Below are positions 40,411 through 50,448 of a DNA stretch of 64,000 nt, piece after piece (the stretch's first letter is position 1; each line of letters begins with the position of its first letter). The notes below the pieces were generated by a model that saw only the letters and a list, made by a program, of their open reading frames with translations, had not been told where the DNA came from and made no database searches. The position numbers and the translations under genes are program-made. Source of the DNA: a virus; the IMG/VR virus record IMGVR_UViG_3300049893_001204, positions 13,679-77,678 of that record; one strand, given 5' to 3'.

Positions 40411-40524
40411 ATGGCTAAATCTAAAAACAAAAAGAAGAAAGGTGCAGCAGCAAAGCAAAACGCTAAGCAGAATGCTGGCAATGCTACGGCCAAGAAAGCA
40501 AAGAATGGTGGGAAAAAGAAATAA
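40411..40524 (+). CDS. Tiny Lys/Ala-rich basic protein (37 aa)
   Basis: MAKSKNKKKKGAAAKQNAKQNAGNATAKKAKNGGKKK. Confidence 0.55.
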   Translation: MAKSKNKKKKGAAAKQNAKQNAGNATAKKAKNGGKKK

Positions 40525-40606
40525 ATTAGTGAGTTTTCATCCAGTCCTGCCCTTCTCTAGCTTCACCAGTAAAAGGACACCTTAACTTGAAGAAGAAGTA
40601 GAAACC

Positions 40607-42208
40607 ATGCCAGTAGCTCCAAGCGATTCCGGATTTTTTAACACTATTGGACAAAAGGTCGATCAATACTTAACTAATTACCTGCGCAGTACAACTACTG
40701 ATCAGGAAATTTTAGATTTTTATGGCGAAGGTAATGTCGTAGGTCGCAAAGGAATACCTGCAAATGATGAAGACCTGATTAAATCAGTCGAAGCTGCTCA
40801 TCGCAATCCTTCCTATAGACCAGATACTGGTAGGAAAGATTTTAGAGTTGGCAGTATTGACCAAGAGATTGGCTATAACTATTCAACTAAAGACATCCCA
40901 GGAGCAGTTTCTCCTGACACTGGACGGCCTTGGCAAATGACCTTTGGGGTACTGCCAAAAGATTTTGGGGCTAGTTCATTAACACCAGCGGCCAGACAAT
41001 TCTTAGAAGATTTTCGTATTCCTAAAAACGCAGGCAACGATTACAGCTTTGCAACAGGACCAAATATACAAGACAGAATTAATTTTGAAACGCAACAGTT
41101 AATTGAAAATGATCCTTACTATGGTAAACAACCAGAAAAATTAAATCAAAAACTTGAAGAGATACGAAACCAATCCAATCGTATTGGTGACTTTAGCGGG
41201 CAACCCGTAACGCCAACAACCTGGAGAGAACGTGGATACATACAACAAAAACCTGAAGGTTTCAAAGAAAAGACATTAAACGAATTCAGGAATCGAATTT
41301 TTCAAGAGCAAGGGCCTTTTGGTGGCGTTTCTACACTGACGCCAGTGGAACACCGTAGCGCAGAAAATCCAACTTGGCGTGCAAATTTGTATGAAACAGA
41401 AGGGTTGGCAGGACCGCTGAGCGAACAAGGGTACTCAAGCGGGTATGGTGCCGGATCAAGAGATGTACAACGGTTTACAACTGGTTCTGAACGCACGCTT
41501 CCATTACAACCGTACACAGAATTTTTTCAAAAGATAAGTGGTGCTACAGAGCCAAGCTCACTCGGAACAGTGCCTGCACCTGACTTCACGCCTCTCCAAA
41601 AGTTTATTGGAACAAGGAATTATCTAATTGGAAAAAATATTCTTGAGGGTCGAGGACATTTAGGAGCCGGGTTTAATGCGACAGCTGATCTTACTGGATC
41701 TATCCCATTGTTTGATCCTAAGTTCAGGGAAGCTGTTGAAAAAGGTGACGTGGGAGCAGCAGCTAGACAAGTTGGTACTGAGTATGTAGCAGGAACGTTG
41801 GCAGCACCTGTTGTCGGTGCTGGCATGGGAGTTCTGCAACGCGTAGCTCCTAGGGCCGCAGCAGCTGCTATCACTGGTCTTAATGCTGTCCGCATAGCAA
41901 ATCCTGTTGCAGTTGTCTCACAGCTTGGTGGAGATGCGCCGCAACCAAGAGCTGTTGGCACTTACAACGGCTCGACTGTTTACCGGAATCCACAAGGAGC
42001 ATTTGTAGCTGCGCCTTTAAACGGTCGTCCGATTCGTCTAGGCACAGCTGTCAGAGGCGGGCGGCAAACCTTTGTTCCTTGGGGATCCGTCGCTGGCGAG
42101 CGCCGCGTTGGACCGAAGACAGTTGGTCGGCCTTGGTGGGATGTTCTTGGATCTAAATTTGAAGACGCATTAAACCGCTTTAACTCCGGAAAAATTATCG
42201 GACGTTAA
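40607..42208 (+). CDS. Hypothetical protein (533 aa)
   Basis: Long ORF with Ala/Gly hydrophobic segment near the C-terminus. Confidence 0.6.
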   Translation: MPVAPSDSGFFNTIGQKVDQYLTNYLRSTTTDQEILDFYGEGNVVGRKGIPANDEDLIKSVEAAHRNPSYRPDTGRKDFRVGSIDQEIGYNYSTKDIPGAVSPDTGRPWQMTFGVLPKDFGASSLTPAARQFLEDFRIPKNAGNDYSFATGPNIQDRINFETQQLIENDPYYGKQPEKLNQKLEEIRNQSNRIGDFSGQPVTPTTWRERGYIQQKPEGFKEKTLNEFRNRIFQEQGPFGGVSTLTPVEHRSAENPTWRANLYETEGLAGPLSEQGYSSGYGAGSRDVQRFTTGSERTLPLQPYTEFFQKISGATEPSSLGTVPAPDFTPLQKFIGTRNYLIGKNILEGRGHLGAGFNATADLTGSIPLFDPKFREAVEKGDVGAAARQVGTEYVAGTLAAPVVGAGMGVLQRVAPRAAAAAITGLNAVRIANPVAVVSQLGGDAPQPRAVGTYNGSTVYRNPQGAFVAAPLNGRPIRLGTAVRGGRQTFVPWGSVAGERRVGPKTVGRPWWDVLGSKFEDALNRFNSGKIIGR

Positions 42209-42453
42209 TCCGCCCAGTGCTCAAGCCGGTGGCAGTTGCAGCACAGTGGAATGCATTTATTAATCTCTTCTTTGATTTTGTTCCAGCTATATCCATGGTT
42301 CACCATGTTTGATATGTTGTGATCCTTATCACCTACGTGGTGAAATTCAAGAATACGATGGTCATCTATCCCACAGTTACTGCAAGATAAAGTCTTCTTG
42401 TACTCCAAGAACTTGTTTCGATTCTCTTGAAGCCTTGGCTTGGAACTTGGCAC
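42205..42453 (-). CDS. HNH endonuclease
   Basis: CSNCG...LEFHH...KCIPLCCNCHRLEH; start reassigned to GTG 42453 because the longer ORF overlaps tRNAs. Confidence 0.8.
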   Translation of the reverse strand: MPSSKPRLQENRNKFLEYKKTLSCSNCGIDDHRILEFHHVGDKDHNISNMVNHGYSWNKIKEEINKCIPLCCNCHRLEHWAD

Positions 42454-42497
42454 TAATATCAACAATTCACTGCAATAACTATAACTAACTTTTGAAA

Positions 42498-42569
42498 AGC
42501 TGGATAACAGATTTGAACTGTTGGCCTGAGATTTACAAAATCCCTGCTCTACCACTGAGCTAATCCAGC
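42498..42569 (-). tRNA. tRNA-Thr (TGT)
   Basis: GCTGGAT acceptor, GGGAT-TTTGTAA-ATCTC, AACAG-TTCAAAT-CTGTT. Confidence 0.9.
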
Positions 42570-42572
42570 ACA

Positions 42573-42646
42573 TCGGAATGGTAGGATTTGAACCTACGGC
42601 ATGTACGTCCCAAACGTACCGCTCTACCAAACTGAGCTACATCCCG
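42573..42646 (-). tRNA. tRNA-Pro (TGG)
   Basis: CGGGATG acceptor, GTACG-TTTGGGA-CGTAC, GTAGG-TTCAAAT-CCTAC. Confidence 0.9.
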
Positions 42647-42663
42647 AACTTAAATAGTCTACA

Positions 42664-42765
42664 GCACCCAGGGAGGATTTGAACCCCCATCGCCATATCC
42701 ACTGAAAGCATTGCGTCCAATACCCAGGCTGGTGGCCGCACTATCCAATTGTTTCGGACTGGGTG
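42664..42765 (-). ncRNA. tRNA-like RNA with enlarged anticodon domain
   Basis: CACCCAG/CTGGGTG acceptor and GGGGG-TTCAAAT-CCTCC T arm, ~45-nt branched middle. Confidence 0.5.
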
Positions 42766-42908
42766 GATCTGTACGGTTCCGTAAGTTCACAGTTCTCGTC
42801 AATTATGCCAGCATCTTGCAAGAACTTCTTACATGCCTCAGGATCTTTAAGCATTTTATCCAACCATGGTTGGAGTTTTTCGTGAGTTAATCTTTCTATC
42901 TTGTACAT
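42741..42908 (-). CDS. Small hypothetical protein (55 aa)
   Basis: MYKIERLTHEKLQPWLDKMLKDPEACKKFLQDAGIIDENCELTEPY... Confidence 0.5.
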   Translation of the reverse strand: MYKIERLTHEKLQPWLDKMLKDPEACKKFLQDAGIIDENCELTEPYRSTQSETIG

Positions 42909-43067
42909 AATTATGGGCGACAGTATCCACCTACGATCACCTTAGCAGTGCGTTTACGTTGTGGCTTAGGGGACTGTTCGTTTAATACAACGTTCCTTGT
43001 TGTACCCAAATAGTTGCCTGGGGAACCACCCCAGGACTTGCGCCTTATCTGCTGCAGCAGAGTTTGG

Positions 43068-43239
43068 CTGGTGTGAGTCCATCTCTCACGTGGTCTGATT
43101 GTCAATCCCCCTACAGACATCGGGAACCCTCCAAGCGGGAGGATAACGCTGTTCCAGATTCATGGGGAACATTGCCACGGCCACCAACTTTGCTGGTTAA
43201 GGGTGGTGGTGCGCTCCACCCAAGGGAATCATACACCAG
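43068..43239 (-). ncRNA. Multi-stem structured RNA, possibly manA-like
   Basis: Closing stem CTGGTGT/ACACCAG with several internal hairpins, adjacent to tRNAs; family assignment is from recall only. Confidence 0.45.
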
Positions 43240-43244
43240 ATTGA

Positions 43245-43316
43245 GGGGTCGTGCCGGAATCAAACCGACTTTCTGTGTGGCTTGTCGCCCTGTCCTTATC
43301 AATGGACTACCGACCC
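43245..43316 (-). ncRNA. Degenerate tRNA / tRNA-like RNA
   Basis: GGGTCG/CGACCC acceptor, GTCC/GGAC D arm, GTCGG-TTTGATT-CCGGC T arm, shrunken anticodon arm GGC-GACAA-GCC. Confidence 0.55.
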
Positions 43317-43386
43317 AGTGACCCCCAGGTTTGTGCATCGTTGAGAGGCATAGGGGGTATTGCTGTACACAGTATAACAGCTTAAA

Positions 43387-43548
43387 TTACTTTGGTTTCT
43401 TTGTTGTCTTAGCTGAGTCTTTAAATGCTTTGGCAGTAGGTGCTCCCTTATCACCAGGCTTGCGCATCTTTTCACCGCTACCTGCAGCAATGCGTTCACG
43501 CTTGGCGTTGATGTTCGCATAAAGACCAGGCTTCTTCTTCTCTGCCAT
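43387..43548 (-). CDS. Small basic protein (53 aa)
   Basis: MAEKKKPGLYANINAKRERIAAGSGEKMRKPGDKGAPTAKAFKDSAKT. Confidence 0.7.
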   Translation of the reverse strand: MAEKKKPGLYANINAKRERIAAGSGEKMRKPGDKGAPTAKAFKDSAKTTKKPK

Positions 43549-44027
43549 CTTCTAATAACCGTTTGCGTTCTTCTAGTATTTTAGCGTACTTACATGGCTT
43601 AGCACTCCTGGCCCAATTAGGGCCAGGATTTGGAATCATTGTTTCTAGTTTCCAGAAGTAATCTTGGAGACGTTGTTCTTCTGTGATACGTGCCACTAGC
43701 TCAGGGTTGTTGGTGTGTCCTTGGTTTGACTGAACCGCTGCATGAATTCATCCATGTGCTCCAGGGAATCCAGGCGGCATAGAACGTCAGTGAGGCTGCT
43801 GATGGTAATGGGATGTTCGGTGCGGGCGGCAAAGGCTAGCGCATCACGCAGGTGGCCGGCAGCAGCATCAACAGATTCTTTGACTTGAGAAGACAGAGAC
43901 ATTTCAGATTCCTTGGGGTTACGTAAGAGGGGAGCAATAACAAACATTGTAGTTCATGTGTCTAGTAATAGTATGAACTACAAGTCATGAGTAGAAAAGT
44001 AAGGTAAACACAACAGGTAGGTTGGGA

Positions 44028-44618
44028 TTACTCGTCATCAAAGTCGGTCCAGATCCAGCCAATTTGATAGTCATCAAACAAAGGATCAATGCCAATGGCA
44101 TCCATGACTTCGTAGATTAAACGACCTTTGCCGTTGCGCTTACCTTTGAGTATAAGATTGTCGTCAACAACGATCAAAGTGCCAGGGCAAATGATGTCTT
44201 TGGCGGCAAACAGTTCCTTTAGGTGGTGGGATGCTGCTTCCCAGTCGTCTGCCCAATTAGTAATGTTGAAAGAATCTAGGTAGAGTAGGGCAACATTGCC
44301 GCTCAAGCTGGAGAGATACTCAACGGAATCTGATTGGATGATTTCTGTTTTGGAGCTGGTGTTGCTGCGGGCAAGTTTGCAGGCAACAGGATCAATATCA
44401 ATTGAAATCAGGTGGCCTCCATTGTGTTGGATGTAGTTGTCAAAGAGAAGGGTTGAGCAACCATCGCCCGTGTAGTTGTCCTGTTCTCGGTAAGTACCTG
44501 TCTCAACAATGATGGGATGATTGGTGGAATCTAGAAACTTAAAGATTTGATCAAAGGTCTTTTCTCGGGCACCAAGGCGGCCTTTGATCCCTTCGTAGTA
44601 TTCAGTCCAACCGCTCAT
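44028..44618 (-). CDS. Class I SAM-dependent methyltransferase
   Basis: IIVETGT, ISIDID, SDSVEYL, LLYLDS, IVVDD. Confidence 0.8.
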   Translation of the reverse strand: MSGWTEYYEGIKGRLGAREKTFDQIFKFLDSTNHPIIVETGTYREQDNYTGDGCSTLLFDNYIQHNGGHLISIDIDPVACKLARSNTSSKTEIIQSDSVEYLSSLSGNVALLYLDSFNITNWADDWEAASHHLKELFAAKDIICPGTLIVVDDNLILKGKRNGKGRLIYEVMDAIGIDPLFDDYQIGWIWTDFDDE

Positions 44619-44753
44619 GGTGTGTGCTATAAATCAATCCGAGTATAGGTGATTTCTTTTGACTGGAGTTCCTTCTCTTTTTCTTCAGCTTCAATAGTTT
44701 CTACATCTTCTACCACAGGCCACTCCTCAATGTCGTAATAGAACCTTGTCAAA

Positions 44754-45002
44754 TTACAAGACACCGATGAGACTCCAGATGGATTGTTTGTGGAACAGCT
44801 CCCAGTACATGATGAACATGACCGCAAGCATGGCGACTCTTCCATTCCAGCGCTCTGCAAACCACATATAGTCATTTGGATGTGTTGGAATCTTGAATAA
44901 GTTTAGGTCTGGGCAATACTCGTTAATCATTTCTTTGGCTAACCAGGCAAGGCACATAGCCATTCCTTGGATGAAAAGCAACGTCTTCATGAATCCGTTC
45001 AT
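44754..45002 (-). CDS. hli: High-light-inducible protein (HLIP)
   Basis: FAERWNGRVAML chlorophyll-binding motif plus TM helix. Confidence 0.9.
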   Translation of the reverse strand: MNGFMKTLLFIQGMAMCLAWLAKEMINEYCPDLNLFKIPTHPNDYMWFAERWNGRVAMLAVMFIMYWELFHKQSIWSLIGVL

Positions 45003-45153
45003 TGTCTTGCCAGGAGTTCGCGGATGAAAATGAAGGCATCAATGCCTGTGATTAGGAGGATAGCACCCAAGATGCTGGCAATGGCATAGACAAAACCATT
45101 CATCGCAAAAAGGAAAATACCTGGTACATTGAGGTTAATATACAAAACCTCAG

Positions 45154-46008
45154 ATGGTTGCTAAAGTAGACATATCCAAACCTTGGATTCAAGTCCAGGA
45201 TAAGCAGCCAGATATAATGCGGAACCTTAATAAGGCCGCAACTAGGGTTTCAATCAATGGTAGGCGGCATTACAGCACTCCGCTACCCGTTAACTTTGCT
45301 CCCTCAGTTACCACAATATTAAGTGAGACTGCATCTGAGGCAAACAAACGTAAGCTGGAGATGTGGTCAAAAGCAAATCCAGGTGTTAAGGAGGCTGCTG
45401 CTGAGCGTGGAACAGCTATCCACTATGGCATGGAGCAGTATCTCAAAGGGAATAAGGAGCCCAGTATTCCGGAAGAGTATCAAGATTTTTGGTGTGGTAT
45501 GCCGCCAATCTTGGATCAGTTCCAGGAGGTCTTATGGGCTGAAACTCCAGTGGATCCTAAGTTTGATTTTACTGTTGGTGCTGATGACGTGGCTCGTGTG
45601 TGGGGTTGCGATGCTGACGGGAGGGCATGGGCTGGTGCTCCCGATATTATTGGCGTGGTTAATAATAAGCTCACTCTTGCTGACTTGAAAACCAGTGTCA
45701 AGCCTTATAGCCGCAACTGGCCTAAAGACTTAGAGAAAGGCTCAGTTGAATGGCGTGATCTACTGGGTGGTCATATGAAGTTTAAAAAAACCTGTAAACA
45801 GTTAGCTGCGTATGACATTGCAATTGAACAGACTCTTGGGATGACAGTACAACAAGCAGCTATTTTGGTATCAACGCCAACACGTACACAGGTATTTAAG
45901 ATTTCCAGGAATTTCTTGAATATGTTAAGGGAAGATTGGTATAAGATTCTTGAGTCTTACTATAATCAAGTAGAAGAGTTTGGGGAGTCAGACCCAGATC
46001 TGATTTGA
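45154..46008 (+). CDS. PD-(D/E)XK exonuclease
   Basis: PSVTTIL, RGTAIH, GAPD..., DLKTS, QLAAY. Confidence 0.85.
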   Translation: MVAKVDISKPWIQVQDKQPDIMRNLNKAATRVSINGRRHYSTPLPVNFAPSVTTILSETASEANKRKLEMWSKANPGVKEAAAERGTAIHYGMEQYLKGNKEPSIPEEYQDFWCGMPPILDQFQEVLWAETPVDPKFDFTVGADDVARVWGCDADGRAWAGAPDIIGVVNNKLTLADLKTSVKPYSRNWPKDLEKGSVEWRDLLGGHMKFKKTCKQLAAYDIAIEQTLGMTVQQAAILVSTPTRTQVFKISRNFLNMLREDWYKILESYYNQVEEFGESDPDLI

Positions 46009-46470
46009 ATTATGGATGGCGCCCCAGATGAACAACTTGAGAAATTGAGAATGGCTTGGAATCCAGAAGATCCGATTGAGAAACAAAAGCGTATCGCGTG
46101 GGCGGTGGCAACATCAACAGCTATTGAGACCAGGGAGGATCCTGTGCTGATTTATGAAAGGTTGATGAAACAACCAGTGTTAATGGGCGTCTCACTTAGT
46201 GACGCAGATAAGACATAAAGATTTCAACTTTTTATCCCGGCCTTTTGGATTCCCGGAAGTAGGATAAATAGACATCCAAAACCACACCTCCGTCATGGAC
46301 ATTCATCATGTCTTTGTCGGTGAGTGGATGAATACGCTCCAATGCCTCATGTCTAATGCGGCAGATGGGGATGTTTTTTGTCTACCCACACCGATGCATC
46401 TTCATGCTTTCCTTCTTGTTAAGGAGAATTTTCCTGAACGAGACTTTAAAGTAGAAGTGCTCCAGGGGGA

Positions 46471-49116
46471 TTGCTGATGTCTAGTACGCAGAAACTGTCG
46501 CTGTCGCCAGGAGAGATTCGCCTTGACTATATTCCCATTGAATGGCCGCTTACACCGCTGGGTGGCAACAAGGATCCCTACATCGTTGGTTGGCAGAATC
46601 AACCATTTACGGTACGTGAAATTGAGGAAGAAATTATTAGTGGCAAATGCAAAGCTGTTGGCCTGCATTCTGGTCCTGTTTACAACTATCCATATGGTCT
46701 TATCTGGGTCGACGTGGATGGACCAACGGTTTATGAACTGGTCAAGCAGCTTTCAAACCTTGAATTTTCTGATGCACTCCCCAGTACCTTAACCATTCTC
46801 AGTGGCAAGGAAGGGAGAGAGCGTAAGTTATACAAGATTGATCGAGAAAAACACAAGCATCTTGTAAGGAACAAGTACACCTGGACTGCAGGTGGCAATA
46901 AAGAAAAGCTTGAGATTCTTTGGCGTCGGCACCAAGGTGTGCTAATGGGGTTGCATCCGGATACGGATGGTTACTACACGGCACAAGATCAAGGGTTTGA
47001 GTGGATCCAGCAGTTGCCTGAATTTCCGGATTGGTTGCTGAATCAGATCATCAATAAGAATGTCAAGCAAGGGGTACCTGCTCGGCAAACAACACGGGTT
47101 GTTGGTCCAGGGTTTGTAGTTAATGCTCAGATCGATTTAGATCGTGACATTAAAAAGGCAGCAGAGGCAATGTGGAAATTACCTCAAGCTGCCGTAGATG
47201 ATTACGACATCTGGATTGCTATTGGTCAGTCGCTCCATTCATTGGATGAATCCCTGCTAGAGCAATGGGATGAATGGTCTAAGCAATCAGATAAGTATAG
47301 AGAAGGTGAATGCCACAGGCGCTGGCTTTCGTTTACTAAAGGTGGTGGCAGAGGCATCGGTACTATTCTGCATATTGCTCAGGAGAATGGTGTCCGACTC
47401 TCTGATGATTCCCGTGTACTTCCTGTTGATGATGCGCTGTTAGATCACCAGGCACAACTCCTTTCTCAATATGAAGGTGAATCCATGGAAGCTGTTCATG
47501 TTTCTGAAGTCCTTGCTCCCAATTTGGGACAGACGTTTGCCGAAGCGCCGCATCAGCAGAAGCGTGCAAAGCGCAAGCAAGGAGACAAGGAAACAAGACA
47601 AGGGAACTATTCATGCAACCAGATTGCTGACAGAGTCATGCAAGAGTTTAAGGGGGATGTGGTCTACAGTCAAGCCCGTGATTCCTTCTTTTACTACGGA
47701 CGTAAGTCAAAAGGTGTTTGGTCCCAGCTGTCTGATACAGAAATTAAGGGGGCCATTAAGGAGGTTGTGGATCGCGTCAGTGGAGAAATGTTGCCTAGTG
47801 GGTATGGTATTAACTTGATTAATAATCTTACGGAGCTAATTAAGATTGAGCTGTGCTCAGATGAGTGGTACGAAAGTAATGATCTGTTGTTGTTTACGAA
47901 TGGTGTGTTGAATGTGGCAACAAGGCAACTGATGCCTTTTGATCGGGAGCTGCGCATGACACAGCAACTGCCATATGACTATGACGCAGGTGCTACTTGT
48001 GAGCCAATCATTAAGTGGCTGAAGAATGCACAGGAAAATAACTGGGGTAGGGTCCAGGTGCTTAGGGCTTGGTTACGTGCAGTGCTGTTGAGTTACTCTG
48101 ATATTCAAAAGTTTGTTGAGATTGTGGGACCTGGTAAGTCTGGTAAGTCCACATATTCAAATTTGGCGCATGCACTGGTTGGTGATGACAATGCCATGAT
48201 CTCGTCATTGGAGCATCTTGAAAAGAATAGGTTTGAGACGGCAAACCTCTATAAGAAAAAGCTGTTGCTCTTCAATGATGTTGAACGGTATGGCGGATCT
48301 GTCTCCGTGCTCAAGGCTATTACTGGTCGTGACCTGATCCGTAATGAACGTAAGTTTCAAGCTGGGTCCCAGAAGCCGTTTAAGTTCAATGGCCTGGTTA
48401 TGATCACGGCTAATGAACCCATCCAAACTACTGATCCGACTTCTGGTCTGGCTCGTCGTCGGCTCACCATTCCTTTTGACAAGCCTTTTACTGGCAATTC
48501 TGCAGAACAACGCACACTTATTGACATGGACGATAACGGTCGTCCTTTCGGTGAGTTTGCTGCTCTCATTCCAGGGCTTGTGAATTGGGTGCTGGATATG
48601 TCAGAAGAAGAGATGAGGGAATATCTGATGGAAACAAATAATAAGGTTGACTTCTTTGCTAAGCACCACAGGGATCAGATCCTTAAATCCAATCAGATCA
48701 TGGATTGGATGGAGCATTGTGTGGTGTTTGATCCAGGGGTGTCAACGGCAGTGGGCTTGGCTAAGCGGGCAACGGGTGGTGCATCTAATGTGTATGCAGG
48801 CTGGGATACAATGCTCTACGCCAGCTACTGCGAGTTTGCCTGTGCTTCCAATAGCAACATCTTGGGTAGGACTCGTTTTGAGACTCTGTTAATGGATGTG
48901 TGTATCCACCAGCTGGGGCTGAACGTCTACAAATTCAAGAACAGGAAAGGTATGCGTGCTGTCAACATTGCATGCCGTGCTTCTGATCAGAAGTACACAA
49001 GCTTTCCTTCCATTGTGGAAGTGGGCTTGAATAAAGAAGAGTGGAGAGTTTACTACGGAAATGTACTGGATAAGCAGATGGATGAGAAAATAGAATCTGC
49101 AGAGGAAATCCAGTGA
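46471..49116 (+). CDS. Primase-polymerase / PriCT-2 / D5-like SF3 helicase
   Basis: WVDVDG prim-pol motif, DDYDIWIAIGQSLH..WDEWSKQSDKY PriCT-2, Walker A GPGKSGKST, LKAITGRD, ITANE. Confidence 0.9.
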   Translation: MLMSSTQKLSLSPGEIRLDYIPIEWPLTPLGGNKDPYIVGWQNQPFTVREIEEEIISGKCKAVGLHSGPVYNYPYGLIWVDVDGPTVYELVKQLSNLEFSDALPSTLTILSGKEGRERKLYKIDREKHKHLVRNKYTWTAGGNKEKLEILWRRHQGVLMGLHPDTDGYYTAQDQGFEWIQQLPEFPDWLLNQIINKNVKQGVPARQTTRVVGPGFVVNAQIDLDRDIKKAAEAMWKLPQAAVDDYDIWIAIGQSLHSLDESLLEQWDEWSKQSDKYREGECHRRWLSFTKGGGRGIGTILHIAQENGVRLSDDSRVLPVDDALLDHQAQLLSQYEGESMEAVHVSEVLAPNLGQTFAEAPHQQKRAKRKQGDKETRQGNYSCNQIADRVMQEFKGDVVYSQARDSFFYYGRKSKGVWSQLSDTEIKGAIKEVVDRVSGEMLPSGYGINLINNLTELIKIELCSDEWYESNDLLLFTNGVLNVATRQLMPFDRELRMTQQLPYDYDAGATCEPIIKWLKNAQENNWGRVQVLRAWLRAVLLSYSDIQKFVEIVGPGKSGKSTYSNLAHALVGDDNAMISSLEHLEKNRFETANLYKKKLLLFNDVERYGGSVSVLKAITGRDLIRNERKFQAGSQKPFKFNGLVMITANEPIQTTDPTSGLARRRLTIPFDKPFTGNSAEQRTLIDMDDNGRPFGEFAALIPGLVNWVLDMSEEEMREYLMETNNKVDFFAKHHRDQILKSNQIMDWMEHCVVFDPGVSTAVGLAKRATGGASNVYAGWDTMLYASYCEFACASNSNILGRTRFETLLMDVCIHQLGLNVYKFKNRKGMRAVNIACRASDQKYTSFPSIVEVGLNKEEWRVYYGNVLDKQMDEKIESAEEIQ

Positions 49117-49487
49117 GCAATGGTAAGCACTTAATCCTAGATCTTTATGGCTGTGATCCAGAGCTGTTGAATAACTATGAGATGTTGGAAGAGTGGTTGC
49201 AAACCGCTCTTCTGATGGCTAAGGCTACGATCTTGCGCATTATTGGTGAGAAGTTTAAGCCGCAAGGAGTTACGTTACTTGCGTTGTTGGCTGAATCGCA
49301 TGCCTCTGTGCATACGTGGCCTGAGATGGAATACTGTGCAATTGATCTCTATACGTGTGGTGCCACGACTGATGGGAAGAAGGCAGCTGATTTTTTGAAG
49401 TACAAGTTAAAAGCTCAACTATCAGAAGAACGTGAGCTTATTAGGTCTGTTACACCTGTTATCGGTGGTCAATCAACTGATCAATAG
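49113..49487 (+). CDS. speD: S-adenosylmethionine decarboxylase proenzyme family
   Basis: GKHLILDLYGC, LLAESHASVHTWPE self-cleavage site, IDLYTCG. Confidence 0.9.
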   Translation: MSNGKHLILDLYGCDPELLNNYEMLEEWLQTALLMAKATILRIIGEKFKPQGVTLLALLAESHASVHTWPEMEYCAIDLYTCGATTDGKKAADFLKYKLKAQLSEERELIRSVTPVIGGQSTDQ

Positions 49488-50386
49488 TACCGATTACCTA
49501 ACTGTTGCTGGAGTTGCTCAATCTTTTTATCTTTGTCACTTTTAATTCCTAGTGCTCCAGCAGCTACTCCACCTAAGCCCATGCCTGTAAGAACACCTAT
49601 TTCATCTCCAATAAAACGACCTGCAGCTCTCCCAACATGCTCACCTGTGATATCCTTTGCTGGCTTTAAAAGAGATTCAAATACAGTTCCCATATTCACA
49701 TCTACACCAGGAATTGTTTCATTTTTATGTTTAGCGGCTGCATAAGCAAGGCCTTCATCCATTTTTCCTGCTGCTTGCTTGGCGATTAACTGTTCAACTT
49801 GACCATATCCTTCTTTAAGCTTCCCTTATATTTGTTCTTTAATTGCTTGTTTTTCTGCTGTTCCTAAGGTTTCATAAGTTTCTAAACCAGCCTTAAGGCG
49901 ACCTCCTTGTTTAACAAGAGGTGCATGTTTTTGAAAAGTTTCAGCATCTATGCCGTAGCGCCCTGCAAATTGAACTGGATTTTCTAGAGCCTCATGCATT
50001 AAACGCGCAGATGTTTGCTCCATTAATTCTTGTTTAATTCCTGCTTTTCCATATCTTGCCATCTCAGCAGCACCTGAAGCAAGTGTTTTTTGACCTGCAA
50101 GACGACCAACTTGTGACAATAAACTATTTTGATTTTTAAGTGCTTGTGAGTGTAAAGCTTCACCAATACGTGCGCCAATACGTGTTCCTAACAAACCAAG
50201 CCCAACACCTCCGACCATTCCACCCAACGTTTGAAGAGCGACTTGTGGAAGGGGTGTGTTTGTACCTAGCAATCCTAAGCCTGCTAAAGCGCCTCCCATC
50301 ACACCTTCTTGTGCTTCTTGAAAAAGTTCATTTCCTTGAAGAGCAAGAAACTTGCCAGCTAATTTAGTTTGTAGTGAAGCTTCCAC
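49481..50386 (-). pseudogene. Gly/Ala-rich protein interrupted by one in-frame TAA
   Basis: ORFs 49826-50386 and 49481-49762 share a frame and the 21 intervening codons are open. Confidence 0.6.
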
Positions 50387-50448
50387 AACAAAAGGCTTTT
50401 TTCCTATTCTAAATTGTGTATAGTTAATCGGAAAGAATCCGATTTTGT

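Noticed and set aside
42400-42497. Theta/HDV-like ribozyme after the tRNAs
   Set aside because: The downstream sequence is AT-rich with no nested double pseudoknot.
42454-42630. N-terminal extension of the HNH ORF
   Set aside because: Overlaps tRNA-Thr and tRNA-Pro.
45154-46008. Cas4 / CRISPR association
   Set aside because: No four-Cys Fe-S pattern and no array; an ordinary phage PD-(D/E)XK exonuclease.
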